Assembly (NCBI GenBank): GCA_031459385.1
Contig: JAVKIP010000022.1
Span: 1 to 47,446, forward strand
DNA: 47,446 bases
Direction: 5' to 3'
Source of the DNA: Candidatus Fervidifonticultor secundus
GTDB taxonomy: Bacteria; Sysuimicrobiota; Sysuimicrobiia; Sysuimicrobiales; Humicultoraceae
The notes beneath the pieces were generated by a model, which worked only from the letters and a program-made list of their open reading frames with translations, had not been told where the DNA came from and searched no databases. This document shows, piece by piece, positions 17,695 through 28,721 of the stretch. Every line of letters starts with the position of its first letter. Position 1 is the stretch's first letter. The translations under genes and the position numbers were made by a program.

Positions 17695-20118
17695 ATGGCC
17701 GTCTCTTCGCCCGCGTTCACCCGCCGCAGAGGCCGCCTGACCCGCGCCGCCGTCCTGGGCGCCGGCGTGATGGGCGCCGCGATCGCAGCGCACCTGGCCA
17801 ACGCCGGCATTCCCACCCTGCTCCTGGACATCCCGCCCGGCGACCTCACCGACGACGAGCGGCGCCGCGGGCTGACGCTGACGTCGCCGGAGGTGCGCAC
17901 CCGCCTGGCCCGGCAGGGGCTGGAGCGCGCGATGCGGGCGCAGCCGGCGGCGTTCTACAGCGCCGCCCGGGCCGGGCTCATCACCATCGGCAACCTCGAA
18001 GACGACCTCGAGCGGCTGCGCGAGGTGGACTGGATCATCGAGGCGGTGATCGAGGACCTGGCCGTCAAGCAGGACCTGCTGGCGCGGATCGAAACCCACT
18101 GGACGCCGGGCGTGATCGTCAGCACCAACACCTCGGGGTTGCCGGTGGCGAAGATCGCCGAGCGCACCGGGGGAGCGCTGCGCGCGCACTTCTTGGGCAC
18201 CCACTTCTTCAATCCCCCGCGCTACATGAAGCTCCTGGAGCTCATCCCGACGCCGCAGACCGAGCCCTGGGTGGCGGACACGGTCGCGCGCTGGGGCGAG
18301 CGGATGCTCGGCAAGGGCGTCGTCTACGCCAGAGACGTGCCCAACTTCATCGCCAATCGCATCGGCACCTACGGCTTCCTGAAGACGGTTCACCTCATGC
18401 TGGAGCTGGGGCTAGACGTCGACGAGGTCGACGACCTCACCGGCCCGCTGCTGGGACGGCCGCGCAGTGCCACGTTCCGCACAACCGACCTCGTCGGGCT
18501 CGACGTCGCCCTGCACGTCGCGGCCAACGCCTACCGCCTGCTGCCCGGCGACGAGGAGCGTGCGGTCTTCCAGCCCCCGGCGTTCATGGAGGAGATGGCG
18601 CGCCGCGGCTGGCTGGGCGACAAGTCCGGCGGCGGGTTCTACCGGCGGCAGGATGGCGAGATCCTCGTCCTGGACTACCGCACGCTGGACTACCGACCCC
18701 GCCGGCGCGTCTCTACGCCGGCCCTGGACGCCGCCCGGGCCATCGAGGACCCGGCCCGCCGGCTGGCCGCCCTCCTGGCGATGGGGGACCGGTACGGCGA
18801 CTTCCTCCGGCGGCTGCTGCGCGCGGTCTTCCTGTACGCGGCGCGCCGCATCCCCGAGATCAGCGACGATGTGGTGAACGTGGACCGCGCCATGCGGTGG
18901 GGCTTCGCCTGGGACCTGGGCCCGTTCGAACTGCACGATGCGCTGGTCGCCGTGGGGGCGGCCGGCGCCCTGCGCCCCGACGACGCCACCCTGCCACCGC
19001 TCGTGCGCGCGGTCCACGAGCGCGGGACCGGGACGTTCTACCGGGATGCCGACGCCGCGCGGCACTACTTCGACCTGCGCAGCGAAACGTACCGCCCCGA
19101 GCCCGGCATGCGGGACCGCATCGTGCTGGCCTGGCTCAAGCGCGCCGGAGGCGTGGTTGCCACCAACCCCGGCGCGAGCCTGGTGGACCTGGGCGACGGG
19201 GTGGCGTGCCTGGAGTTCCACGCCAAGGCCAACGCCATCGGCGAGGATGGGCTGCGGATGGCCCGCACCGCGCTGGAGCGCGTCGCGGCCGACTTCGACG
19301 CCCTGGTCATCGGCAACCAGGGCGCCGACTTCAGCGCGGGGGCCAACCTCGTCCTGGTTCTGCTCGAGGCGCAGGAGGGCAACTGGGAGGAATTGGACCT
19401 GGCGCTGCGGGCGTTCCAGCAGGTGGCGACCGCGATTCGGCGCGCGCCGTTCCCGGTGGTGGCGGCGCCATTCGGGCGCACGCTGGCGGGCGCGGTGGAG
19501 TTGTGCATGGCATGCCCCCACGTGCAGGCGGCCGCCGAGACGTACATGGGCCTCGTCGAGACCGGCGTCGGCCTGATCCCTGCCGGCAGCGGCACGATGG
19601 AGATGGCGCGCCGCGCGGCGGCGTGCATTCCCGACGGCGCAGACGCGGACCTGCTGCCGTTCGTGCGGTGGGTGTTCGACACCATGGCCACCGCCCGTGT
19701 GTCCACCTCGGCGGAGGAGGCCAGGGCCCTGGGCTACCTGCGGCCCTCCGATGGCATCTCGGTGAACGGCGAGCTCCTGCTGGCCGACGCCAAAGCCGCG
19801 GCGCTGGCGCTGGTCCGCGCTCACTGGCGCCCCCACCCGCCTGCCCTGATCCGCGTCGTGGGTCAGCGGGGGTACGCGGCCATCGAATCGGTGCTCCACA
19901 TCATGCGCACCGGGGGCCACATCACCGATCACGACGTGGTCGTCGCCAAGAAACTCGGGTATGTCCTGTGCGGGGGCCTGGTGCCCGACGGCACCCGCGT
20001 CGCCGAAGACTACTTGCTGGACCTCGAGCGCGAAGCGTTCCTGAGCCTGCTGGGTACCCGGGCCACACAGGACCGCATCCGCCACATGCTGCAGACGGGC
20101 AGGCCGCTGCGCAACTAG
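17695..20118 (+). CDS. fadN: 3-hydroxyacyl-CoA dehydrogenase / enoyl-CoA hydratase (FadN type)
   Basis: VLGAGVMG, STNTSGL, GTHFFNPPRYMKLLE, crotonase domain FSAGANL, C-terminal HMLQTGRPLRN. Confidence 0.95.
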   Translation: MAVSSPAFTRRRGRLTRAAVLGAGVMGAAIAAHLANAGIPTLLLDIPPGDLTDDERRRGLTLTSPEVRTRLARQGLERAMRAQPAAFYSAARAGLITIGNLEDDLERLREVDWIIEAVIEDLAVKQDLLARIETHWTPGVIVSTNTSGLPVAKIAERTGGALRAHFLGTHFFNPPRYMKLLELIPTPQTEPWVADTVARWGERMLGKGVVYARDVPNFIANRIGTYGFLKTVHLMLELGLDVDEVDDLTGPLLGRPRSATFRTTDLVGLDVALHVAANAYRLLPGDEERAVFQPPAFMEEMARRGWLGDKSGGGFYRRQDGEILVLDYRTLDYRPRRRVSTPALDAARAIEDPARRLAALLAMGDRYGDFLRRLLRAVFLYAARRIPEISDDVVNVDRAMRWGFAWDLGPFELHDALVAVGAAGALRPDDATLPPLVRAVHERGTGTFYRDADAARHYFDLRSETYRPEPGMRDRIVLAWLKRAGGVVATNPGASLVDLGDGVACLEFHAKANAIGEDGLRMARTALERVAADFDALVIGNQGADFSAGANLVLVLLEAQEGNWEELDLALRAFQQVATAIRRAPFPVVAAPFGRTLAGAVELCMACPHVQAAAETYMGLVETGVGLIPAGSGTMEMARRAAACIPDGADADLLPFVRWVFDTMATARVSTSAEEARALGYLRPSDGISVNGELLLADAKAAALALVRAHWRPHPPALIRVVGQRGYAAIESVLHIMRTGGHITDHDVVVAKKLGYVLCGGLVPDGTRVAEDYLLDLEREAFLSLLGTRATQDRIRHMLQTGRPLRN

Positions 20119-20148
20119 CGAGCGCGCGGGGGTCGGAGGGAGGGCATC

Positions 20149-21324
20149 ATGCGAGAAGCCGTGATCGTCTCCGCGGTGCGCACTGCGGTGGGCAAGGCGC
20201 CCCGCGGGGCGCTGAAGGACACCCGCCCGGACGAGCTGGGCGCCCTGGCCGTCCGCGAGGCCGTCCGCCGCGTGCCGGGGCTCGCGCCCGCGGACGTCGA
20301 GGATTGCATCATGGGCTGCGCCCTGCCGGAGGCCGAGCAGGGCCTAAACATGGCCCGCATCATCGCCCTGCGGGCCGGTCTGCCCATCACCACAGCGGGC
20401 ATCACCATCAATCGCTTCTGCTCCTCGGGCCTGCAGGCCATCGCCTTCGCTGCCCAGCAGATCGCCACCGGTCAGCACGAGGTGGTCGTTGCCGGCGGGG
20501 CGGAGAGCATGAGCCTGGTCCCCATGAGCGGCAACAAGTACGCGCCCAACCCCGCGCTGGCGGCAGAATGGCCCGACGTCTACCTGACCATGGGGCTCAC
20601 GGCCGAGATCGTGGCCAGGCGCTACGGCATCTCCCGCGAGGATCAGGATCGCTTCGCGCTGCGCAGCCACCGCAACGCCATGGCCGCCCAGCAGTCGGGG
20701 AAGTTCGACGACGAGATCGTCCCGGTGGAGACGGTGCGCTGGACGGTGGAGGACGGGCGGCCGCGCGCGGAGCCGCTCACCCTGCGGCAGGACGAGGGCG
20801 TACGTCCGGACACCAGCCTGGACGCCCTGGCGAAGCTCAAGCCGGTCTTCGCCCGCGACGGCACCGTGACCGCCGGCAACGCCTCCCAGACGAGCGACGG
20901 CGCCGCGGCCGCCGTGGTCATGTCGGCCGACCGCGCACGGCAGCTCGGGGTCGAGCCGCTGGCCATCCTCCGCGCCTTTGCCGTGGCCGGCGTCTCGCCC
21001 GAAGAGATGGGCATCGGCCCCGTCCAGGCCATTCCCAGGGCGCTGCGGCAGGCCGGGCTGCGGCTCGATGACATCGGCCTCATCGAGCTGAACGAGGCGT
21101 TCGCGGCGCAGGCGCTGGCCGTGATCGCCCTGGCCGGGCTGGACCTCGACCGGGTCAACGTCAACGGCGGCGCCGTGGCGCTGGGCCATCCGCTGGGCGC
21201 CACCGGCGCCAAGCTGACCGCGACGCTGCTGGCAGAGATGCGCCGCCGCCAGGTGCGGTACGGCATGGTCACGATGTGCGTCGGTGGCGGGCAGGGCGCC
21301 GCGGGGATCTTCGAGCTGGCGTAG
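20149..21324 (+). CDS. fadA: Acetyl-CoA C-acyltransferase (thiolase)
   Basis: NRFCSSG, NEAFA, GHPLGATG and CVGGGQG. Confidence 0.97.
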   Translation: MREAVIVSAVRTAVGKAPRGALKDTRPDELGALAVREAVRRVPGLAPADVEDCIMGCALPEAEQGLNMARIIALRAGLPITTAGITINRFCSSGLQAIAFAAQQIATGQHEVVVAGGAESMSLVPMSGNKYAPNPALAAEWPDVYLTMGLTAEIVARRYGISREDQDRFALRSHRNAMAAQQSGKFDDEIVPVETVRWTVEDGRPRAEPLTLRQDEGVRPDTSLDALAKLKPVFARDGTVTAGNASQTSDGAAAAVVMSADRARQLGVEPLAILRAFAVAGVSPEEMGIGPVQAIPRALRQAGLRLDDIGLIELNEAFAAQALAVIALAGLDLDRVNVNGGAVALGHPLGATGAKLTATLLAEMRRRQVRYGMVTMCVGGGQGAAGIFELA

Positions 21325-21364
21325 CGGGCAGCTGCACGCGCGGGGGGAGACGGGAGGCAGGGAG

Positions 21365-23146
<1,782 letters not shown>

Positions 23147-23185
23147 CGGGAGCCGGCGGCGCGACGCCCGCCAGCGCGGGGCGCG

Positions 23186-24871
23186 ATGGCACAGGGACCG
23201 CCGGACGCCAGACCCTGGCTGCGGCACTACCCGCCGGGCGTGCCGCCGACGCTGTCCTACCCTGCGCGTCCGCTGCAGCACCTGCTCGACGACGCCGCCG
23301 CGCGGTTCCCCGACCGCCCGGCAGTGACGTTCTTCGGCCGCACGCTGCGCTACCGCGCGCTGCGCGGCCTCGTCGACCGCTTCGCCGGCGGGTTGGTCCG
23401 TCTGGGGCTGCGTCCCGGCGACCGGGTCTCGCTGCACCTGCCCAACTGCCCGCAGTTCGTCATCGCCTGCTACGGCGTGCTCAAGGCCGGCGGGGTCGTC
23501 GTGCCGTGCAACCCGCTGTACACGCCGCGCGAGGTCGCCGAGCAGCTGGCCGACTGCGGGGCCACCTGGGCGATCACTCTCGATCTCTTCGCGGACCGCG
23601 TGCTGGCGGCGCGGCCAGCCGACGCCCTGGCGCGTGTGGTCGTCACGCGCATCCACGACTTCTTCCCGCCGGTGCTGCGCGCGCTGTACCCGGTGCGCGC
23701 CCGGCGCCACGGCCAGTGGCCGGCGCTACCCACCGATCCCCGCGTGGTGCGGTTCACCGACCTGCTGCGCGGCGCGCCGGTGCAGCACCCGGCCGCCCAG
23801 GCGCCCGACGACCTGGCTGTCCTCCTCTACACCGGCGGCACCACCGGGGCGCCGAAGGGGGCCATGCTCACCCACGCCAACCTGGTGGCCAACGCGTACC
23901 AGGTGGTGGCCTGGTCGCCGGCGGCGCCCGACGAGGTCACCACGATCCTCGGCGTCCTGCCCCTGTTCCACGCCTACGGCCTGACCGTGGTGATGAACGC
24001 CAGCCTGCTGCGGGCCGGACGCATGGTGCTGCTGCCGCGTTTCGAGGTCGAGGCGGTCTTGCGGGCCATCGCGCGGCACCGCCCGCACCACCTGCCGGGC
24101 GTCCCCACCCTGTACAACGCGCTGCTGGCCCATCCGCGCATCGGGCGCTACGACCTGCGCAGCGTGCGGGCGTGCATCTCGGGCGCCGCCCCGTTGCCCG
24201 CCGAGGTGCAGGCGCGCTTCGAGCGTGCAACCGGCGGCGCGCTGGTGGAAGGCTACGGGCTCACCGAGGCGTCGCCCGTGACGCACGTCACGCCGCTGGT
24301 CGGGCTGCGCAAACCCGGGAGCATCGGCGTCCCGCTGCCGGATGTCGACGCCCGCATCGTCGACGCCGAGACCGGGCAGCGGACGCTGGCGCCCGGGGAG
24401 ATCGGCGAGCTCGTCGTCCGCGGGCCGCAGGTGATGCGCGGCTACTGGAACCGTCCACAGGACACGGCGGCCGCGCTGCGCGGCGGCTGGCTGTACACCG
24501 GCGACCTGGCCCGGATGGACGACGACGGCTTCTTCTACATCGTGGATCGCAAGAAGGAGATGCTCATCAGCGGCGGGTTCAACGTCTACCCTCGGGAAGT
24601 CGAGGAGGTGCTGCACGCGCACCCCGCGGTGCTGGAGGCGGCGCTCGTCGGCCTGCCCGACCCGCACCGGGGTGAGGTCGGCAAGGCATTCGTGGTCCTG
24701 CGCCCGGGCATGCAGGTCACCGCGGAGGAGCTGCTCGACCACTGCCGCCGGCACTTGGCGGCGTTCAAGGTGCCTGTGGCCGTTGAGTTCCGCGAGCGCC
24801 TGCCCAAATCGCTGATCGGCAAGGTGCTTCGGCGCGCCCTGGCCGAGGAGGAGCGCCTGCGCGTGGGCTAG
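23186..24871 (+). CDS. Long-chain fatty acid--CoA ligase
   Basis: YTGGTTGAPKG, EGYGLTEASP, TGDLA, DRKK..GGFNVYPRE and LPKSLIGKVLR. Confidence 0.93.
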   Translation: MAQGPPDARPWLRHYPPGVPPTLSYPARPLQHLLDDAAARFPDRPAVTFFGRTLRYRALRGLVDRFAGGLVRLGLRPGDRVSLHLPNCPQFVIACYGVLKAGGVVVPCNPLYTPREVAEQLADCGATWAITLDLFADRVLAARPADALARVVVTRIHDFFPPVLRALYPVRARRHGQWPALPTDPRVVRFTDLLRGAPVQHPAAQAPDDLAVLLYTGGTTGAPKGAMLTHANLVANAYQVVAWSPAAPDEVTTILGVLPLFHAYGLTVVMNASLLRAGRMVLLPRFEVEAVLRAIARHRPHHLPGVPTLYNALLAHPRIGRYDLRSVRACISGAAPLPAEVQARFERATGGALVEGYGLTEASPVTHVTPLVGLRKPGSIGVPLPDVDARIVDAETGQRTLAPGEIGELVVRGPQVMRGYWNRPQDTAAALRGGWLYTGDLARMDDDGFFYIVDRKKEMLISGGFNVYPREVEEVLHAHPAVLEAALVGLPDPHRGEVGKAFVVLRPGMQVTAEELLDHCRRHLAAFKVPVAVEFRERLPKSLIGKVLRRALAEEERLRVG

Positions 24872-24897
24872 CGACGGGAGCTGCCGTGCCCGCGCAC

Positions 24898-25050
24898 AGG
24901 GAGGTCCGAGAGAATGGGGAGGGTCAGGGCCGGCATCGGCTCCAGGCGCATGGGTGCCCCTGCCTGCTTGAACTGCTGCGCGTAGAGCACGTTGGCCAGG
25001 CCGATCCCGACCGTCACCAGCACCAGGCCGTTGATGACCTGCTCGGCGTC
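24898..25050 (-). pseudogene. Internal fragment of a nucleoside/BMP-type ABC permease
   Basis: DAEQVINGLVLVTVGIGLANVLY...LTLPILSDLP resembles the 'dQvisG...ipiPlLsdiP' segment of YufQ-like permeases. Confidence 0.5.
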
Positions 25051-25148
25051 CCGACGGCGACGGTGCTGGCAACACCGCCGGCCGCAGAACGGAGAAGCCA
25101 CGGGGCGCCCGGCGACCGGTACGGACGCCGGCAGCCAGCGCGGTTGCG

Positions 25149-25157
25149 TGCTATCAT
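25149..25157 (+). promoter_or_regulatory. Extended -10 promoter (TGcTATCAT) upstream of the creatininase-family gene
   Basis: TGnTAnnAT match about 63 nt before the start. Confidence 0.5.
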
Positions 25158-25219
25158 CTGCACGTGACGCGGTTCGCCACGCGACGACCGCACACACCTT
25201 CTCGCGGGGGACCGGTGAC

Positions 25220-26014
25220 GTGAAGCTCCCTCACCGCTACTGGCACGAGCTGACGACGAAGGAGTTCGCGGCCCTGGACGCGGCGCGCGTCATCGCCGTG
25301 CTGCCGGTGGGCGCCATCGAGCAGCACGGCCCGCACCTGCCGGTTTGGGTCGACGCCGCGATCGCCGACACCGTCGTGCGCCGCACGCTGGACCTGCTGC
25401 CGGCGGACCTGCCGGTGCTCGTGCTGCCCACCCTGCCGGTCGGCAAGAGCAACGAACACTTGACCTTCCCGGGCACCCTCAGCCTGTCGGCCGAGACGCT
25501 GATGCGGCTGTGGAGCGAGGTCGGCGAGAGCGTGGCGCGGGCCGGCGTGCGGAAGCTGGTGCTGCTGAACAGCCACGGCGGCCAGGCGCAGCTGGTGGAC
25601 GTCGTGGCCCGCGACCTCCGCGTCCGGACCGGGATGACCGTGGTGGCCGTCAACATCTTCCTGCTGGGGGTGCCCCCCGGGCTGTTCCCCGACGCGGAGC
25701 TCCGCCATGGCATCCACGCCGGCGCGGCCGAGACGTCCATGATGCTCCACATCCGGGCCGACCTGGTCCACCGGGACGAGGCACGGCCGTTCCCTTCGCA
25801 GGCCGCGCAGTGGGAACAGGAGTTTCGCCACCTGAGCCCCACCGGCCCGATCCGCGTCGCCTGGCAGATCCAGGACCTGCATCCGCTGGGCGCGTGCGGC
25901 GACGCCTCCGACGCCGATGCCGGCCGCGGACGGCTGCTCATCGAGCACGCTGCGGCCCGCGTGGTGGAGGTGCTGCGGGAGCTCGACCGCTTTCCGCCGC
26001 CGGGTAGCCCCTAG
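25220..26014 (+). CDS. Creatininase-family amidohydrolase
   Basis: LPVGAIEQHGPHLP..D, GKSNEH..FPGTLSL, LNSHGG and GIHAGAAETS. Confidence 0.93.
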   Translation: MKLPHRYWHELTTKEFAALDAARVIAVLPVGAIEQHGPHLPVWVDAAIADTVVRRTLDLLPADLPVLVLPTLPVGKSNEHLTFPGTLSLSAETLMRLWSEVGESVARAGVRKLVLLNSHGGQAQLVDVVARDLRVRTGMTVVAVNIFLLGVPPGLFPDAELRHGIHAGAAETSMMLHIRADLVHRDEARPFPSQAAQWEQEFRHLSPTGPIRVAWQIQDLHPLGACGDASDADAGRGRLLIEHAAARVVEVLRELDRFPPPGSP

Positions 26015-26132
26015 AGCCCGGTCCGCCGGTCCGGCAGCCTGGCACCAGGCAGGAAGGCACCGGAAGAGCCGCGTAGCAGAGACCGAACCCACGGCCGCAC
26101 CGCCGGCCCCTGCCGCAAGGGAGATACGAGCG

Positions 26133-27521
26133 ATGACAGACCCGGTCTCCGCTGTTCCCGCGCACGGCGCCGACCGAGCCATTCAGTGGACGGAGGTGAT
26201 CGACGCGCTGGGCGACATTCCCGTCATGGCCGACCTCCGCGTGGTCCGCGCCAAGTCCAAGGACTACTACTGGTACAGTCCCATCCTCAAGCCGCTGCTG
26301 GACGACAAGGCGGGCGACCTGATCGCGTTCCCGCAAACCGAGGCCGACGTGCTCCGCATCGCCCGCGTGTGCGTCGAGCGGCAAATCCCCGTGACGGTGC
26401 GCGGCGCCGGGACCGGCAACTACGGGCAGGCGGTTCCGCTCAACGGCGGGCTCATCCTGGACATGACGCGGATGAAGTCCACGCAGTGGATCAGGCCTGG
26501 CCTGGCGCGGGCCCAGGCCGGGGTCAAGATGGTCACCCTGGACGCCCAGGCGCGTGAGCACGGCTGGGAGCTGCGCATGTTCCCGTCCACCAAGCGGACG
26601 GCCACAATCGGCGGGTTCATTGCAGGCGGCAGCGGCGGCGTGGGATCGATCAACTTCGGCCTGCTGACCGAGCGGGGGAACGTGAACGCGCTGCGGGTCG
26701 TCACCATGGAGGACGAGCCCCGCGTCATCGACCTGCGCGGCGACGACGTGCTCAAAGCGATCCACGCCTACGGGACCACCGGCATCATCACGGAGCTGGA
26801 GATCGGGCTGGGGCCCACCTATCCCTGGGTCGACCTGATCGTCGCCTTCGACGACTTCATGACCGCGGCGCGGTTCGGGCAGGCCCTCGGCGAAGCCGAC
26901 GGGATCGTGAAGAAGGAGATCGCGATCATGGCCTGGCCGATCCCGCAGTACTTCACGCGGCTCGGCGCCGCGATTCCTGCTGGGGCCCATACGGCGTTCC
27001 TCATGGTGGCCGAGCCCTCACTGGAAGCGCTGGGCGAGCTCGTGCGGGAGCATGGGGGGACGATCTGCCACCGCCGGCCGTCGGTCGACGTGCAGAAGGA
27101 TCCGCCCCTGTACGAGTACACGTGGAACCACACCACCCTCCACGCCCTCAAGGTGGATCCCACCATTACGTACCTCCAGAGCCTCTTCCCCGCTGGCCGG
27201 AACCTGGACCTCGTGGAACACATGTTCTGGCACTTTGGCGACGAGGTACCCGTCCACCTGGAGTTCATCCGGGTCCAGGGACGGGTCACCTGCTCGGCGC
27301 TGCAGCTCGTGCGCTTCACCACCGAGGCGCGACTGTACGAGATCATCGCGTACCATGAGGCCCACGCCGTCGCCATCTTCAACCCGCACACCTACATTCT
27401 GGAAGACGGCGGGATGAAGACGATCGACGAGCACCAGCTGGCCTTCAAGCGGCTCGTCGATCCCCGGGGCCTGCTGAACCCGGGCAAGATGCGCGCGTGG
27501 TGGGAGTGGGCGGCCTCCTGA
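26133..27521 (+). CDS. FAD-binding oxidoreductase (VAO/GlcD-like)
   Basis: KSKDYYWYSPIL, RGAGTGNYGQAVP, PSTKRTATIGGFIAGG, HAYGTTGII, WNHTT, NPH and DPRGLLNPGK. Confidence 0.9.
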   Translation: MTDPVSAVPAHGADRAIQWTEVIDALGDIPVMADLRVVRAKSKDYYWYSPILKPLLDDKAGDLIAFPQTEADVLRIARVCVERQIPVTVRGAGTGNYGQAVPLNGGLILDMTRMKSTQWIRPGLARAQAGVKMVTLDAQAREHGWELRMFPSTKRTATIGGFIAGGSGGVGSINFGLLTERGNVNALRVVTMEDEPRVIDLRGDDVLKAIHAYGTTGIITELEIGLGPTYPWVDLIVAFDDFMTAARFGQALGEADGIVKKEIAIMAWPIPQYFTRLGAAIPAGAHTAFLMVAEPSLEALGELVREHGGTICHRRPSVDVQKDPPLYEYTWNHTTLHALKVDPTITYLQSLFPAGRNLDLVEHMFWHFGDEVPVHLEFIRVQGRVTCSALQLVRFTTEARLYEIIAYHEAHAVAIFNPHTYILEDGGMKTIDEHQLAFKRLVDPRGLLNPGKMRAWWEWAAS

Positions 27522-27797
27522 TCGTCAGCGCGCAGCGCCCGAGATCCCTCACCCCGTCACGGACCTCTGGCGGTCGCCGTGGCGCCGACCGCCGCGTCGT
27601 CGGCGAGCGCCATGGCCTCCTCCGGCAGCGCCGCGGCCCGTTCCGCCTCGTGCGTCTCCATGGTGCCGATGGGAAGGCCGGGCATCGACCGTCGCCTCGC
27701 TCCGTCAGCAGCCCACCCGCGGCCTCCGCACTTCGTCGCCCCGGGTGGGGCTCCCGCAGCGGGCAACCACCGAAAGCCGCGCCCCGACCTCCACACA

Positions 27798-27828
27798 GCG
27801 ACGCCGGCGGGACCACCGCCGGCGTCGC
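27798..27828. terminator. Perfect 13-bp hairpin downstream of korB
   Basis: GCGACGCCGGCGG-GACCA-CCGCCGGCGTCGC between convergent genes. Confidence 0.6.
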
Positions 27829-27852
27829 GCCTGTCGTCGACGTGCCTTCGGC

Positions 27853-28719
27853 TCAGCGGAACAGCCGCATCATCGGCTCGGGGTCCACCGCTGCCAGCTC
27901 CTCGTCCCACAGCGGCAGGCGCTGGTGCACCTTGCGCTGTCGCGGATGACGGTAGACGATCCCCAGCGGCAGCTTGCCCCTCGCGTCGAACGCGTCGAGC
28001 AGCTGCCAGGCGGCGTGCCGGTCGGACGGATCGTAGTCCCGGGGCAGGGAGGCGACGTGCTCCTTGTACCAGTCGTAGCTGTTGAACTTGTTGTAGGTGA
28101 CGCAGGGTGAGAAGTCGTTGATCACCGCGAAGCCGGGGTGCCGCAGGGCTTCCACCAAGACGTCGGCCGAGTGCTTGGGGTCGCCCGAGAACGACTGCGC
28201 CACGAACGACGCACCGCAGGCCAGCGCGAGCCGCAGCGGGTCCACGAACGGCGGGTCCTCCTCGGTGGACTCCCCCTGGGGCAACCCCAGCCCGTGGGTC
28301 GGCGACTTCTGCCCCTTGGTGAGCCCGTAGACGCCGTTGTTCATGATCAGCAGGGTCACCGCCGGGTCGCGCCGGCAGACGTGCACGAAGTTCTCGATGC
28401 CGATCGCCAGCGTATCGCCGTCGCCCGCGAGCGCCACCACCGTCAGGTCGGGGTTGGCCATCTTGGCGCCCAGGGCGTAGGCGAGGGCCCCCCCGTGGGT
28501 CCCGTGGAAGGCGTTGCCGTTCAGGTAGTTGCGGATCTGCCCGGAGCAGCCGATGCCGCCCACCAGCAGCACATCGTGGGGCATCAGTTCCAGCCGGGCC
28601 AGGGCCGCCTTCAGAGCGTTCAGCACCCCGAAGTCCCCGCAGCCCGGACACCACTGAATACGGTGTTTCGGGGTCGCGTTCTGCTCCCAGAGCTTGGCGT
28701 GCATCGCAGCCGTGCTCAC
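27853..28719 (-). CDS. korB: 2-oxoacid:ferredoxin oxidoreductase beta subunit
   Basis: WCPGCGDFG, GIGCSG, TPP motif GDGD...NN, YGLTKGQ.SPT and SPCVTYN. Confidence 0.92.
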   Translation of the reverse strand: MSTAAMHAKLWEQNATPKHRIQWCPGCGDFGVLNALKAALARLELMPHDVLLVGGIGCSGQIRNYLNGNAFHGTHGGALAYALGAKMANPDLTVVALAGDGDTLAIGIENFVHVCRRDPAVTLLIMNNGVYGLTKGQKSPTHGLGLPQGESTEEDPPFVDPLRLALACGASFVAQSFSGDPKHSADVLVEALRHPGFAVINDFSPCVTYNKFNSYDWYKEHVASLPRDYDPSDRHAAWQLLDAFDARGKLPLGIVYRHPRQRKVHQRLPLWDEELAAVDPEPMMRLFR

Positions 28720-28721
28720 GG

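Noticed and set aside
27557..27790. Possible small ORF (MPGLPIGTMETHE...) or c-di-GMP-like motif (GGCAACCACCGAAAG) between convergent genes
   Set aside because: No recognisable protein family. The P1 stem does not close and the second riboswitch stem is absent, and the site is not in a 5' leader position.
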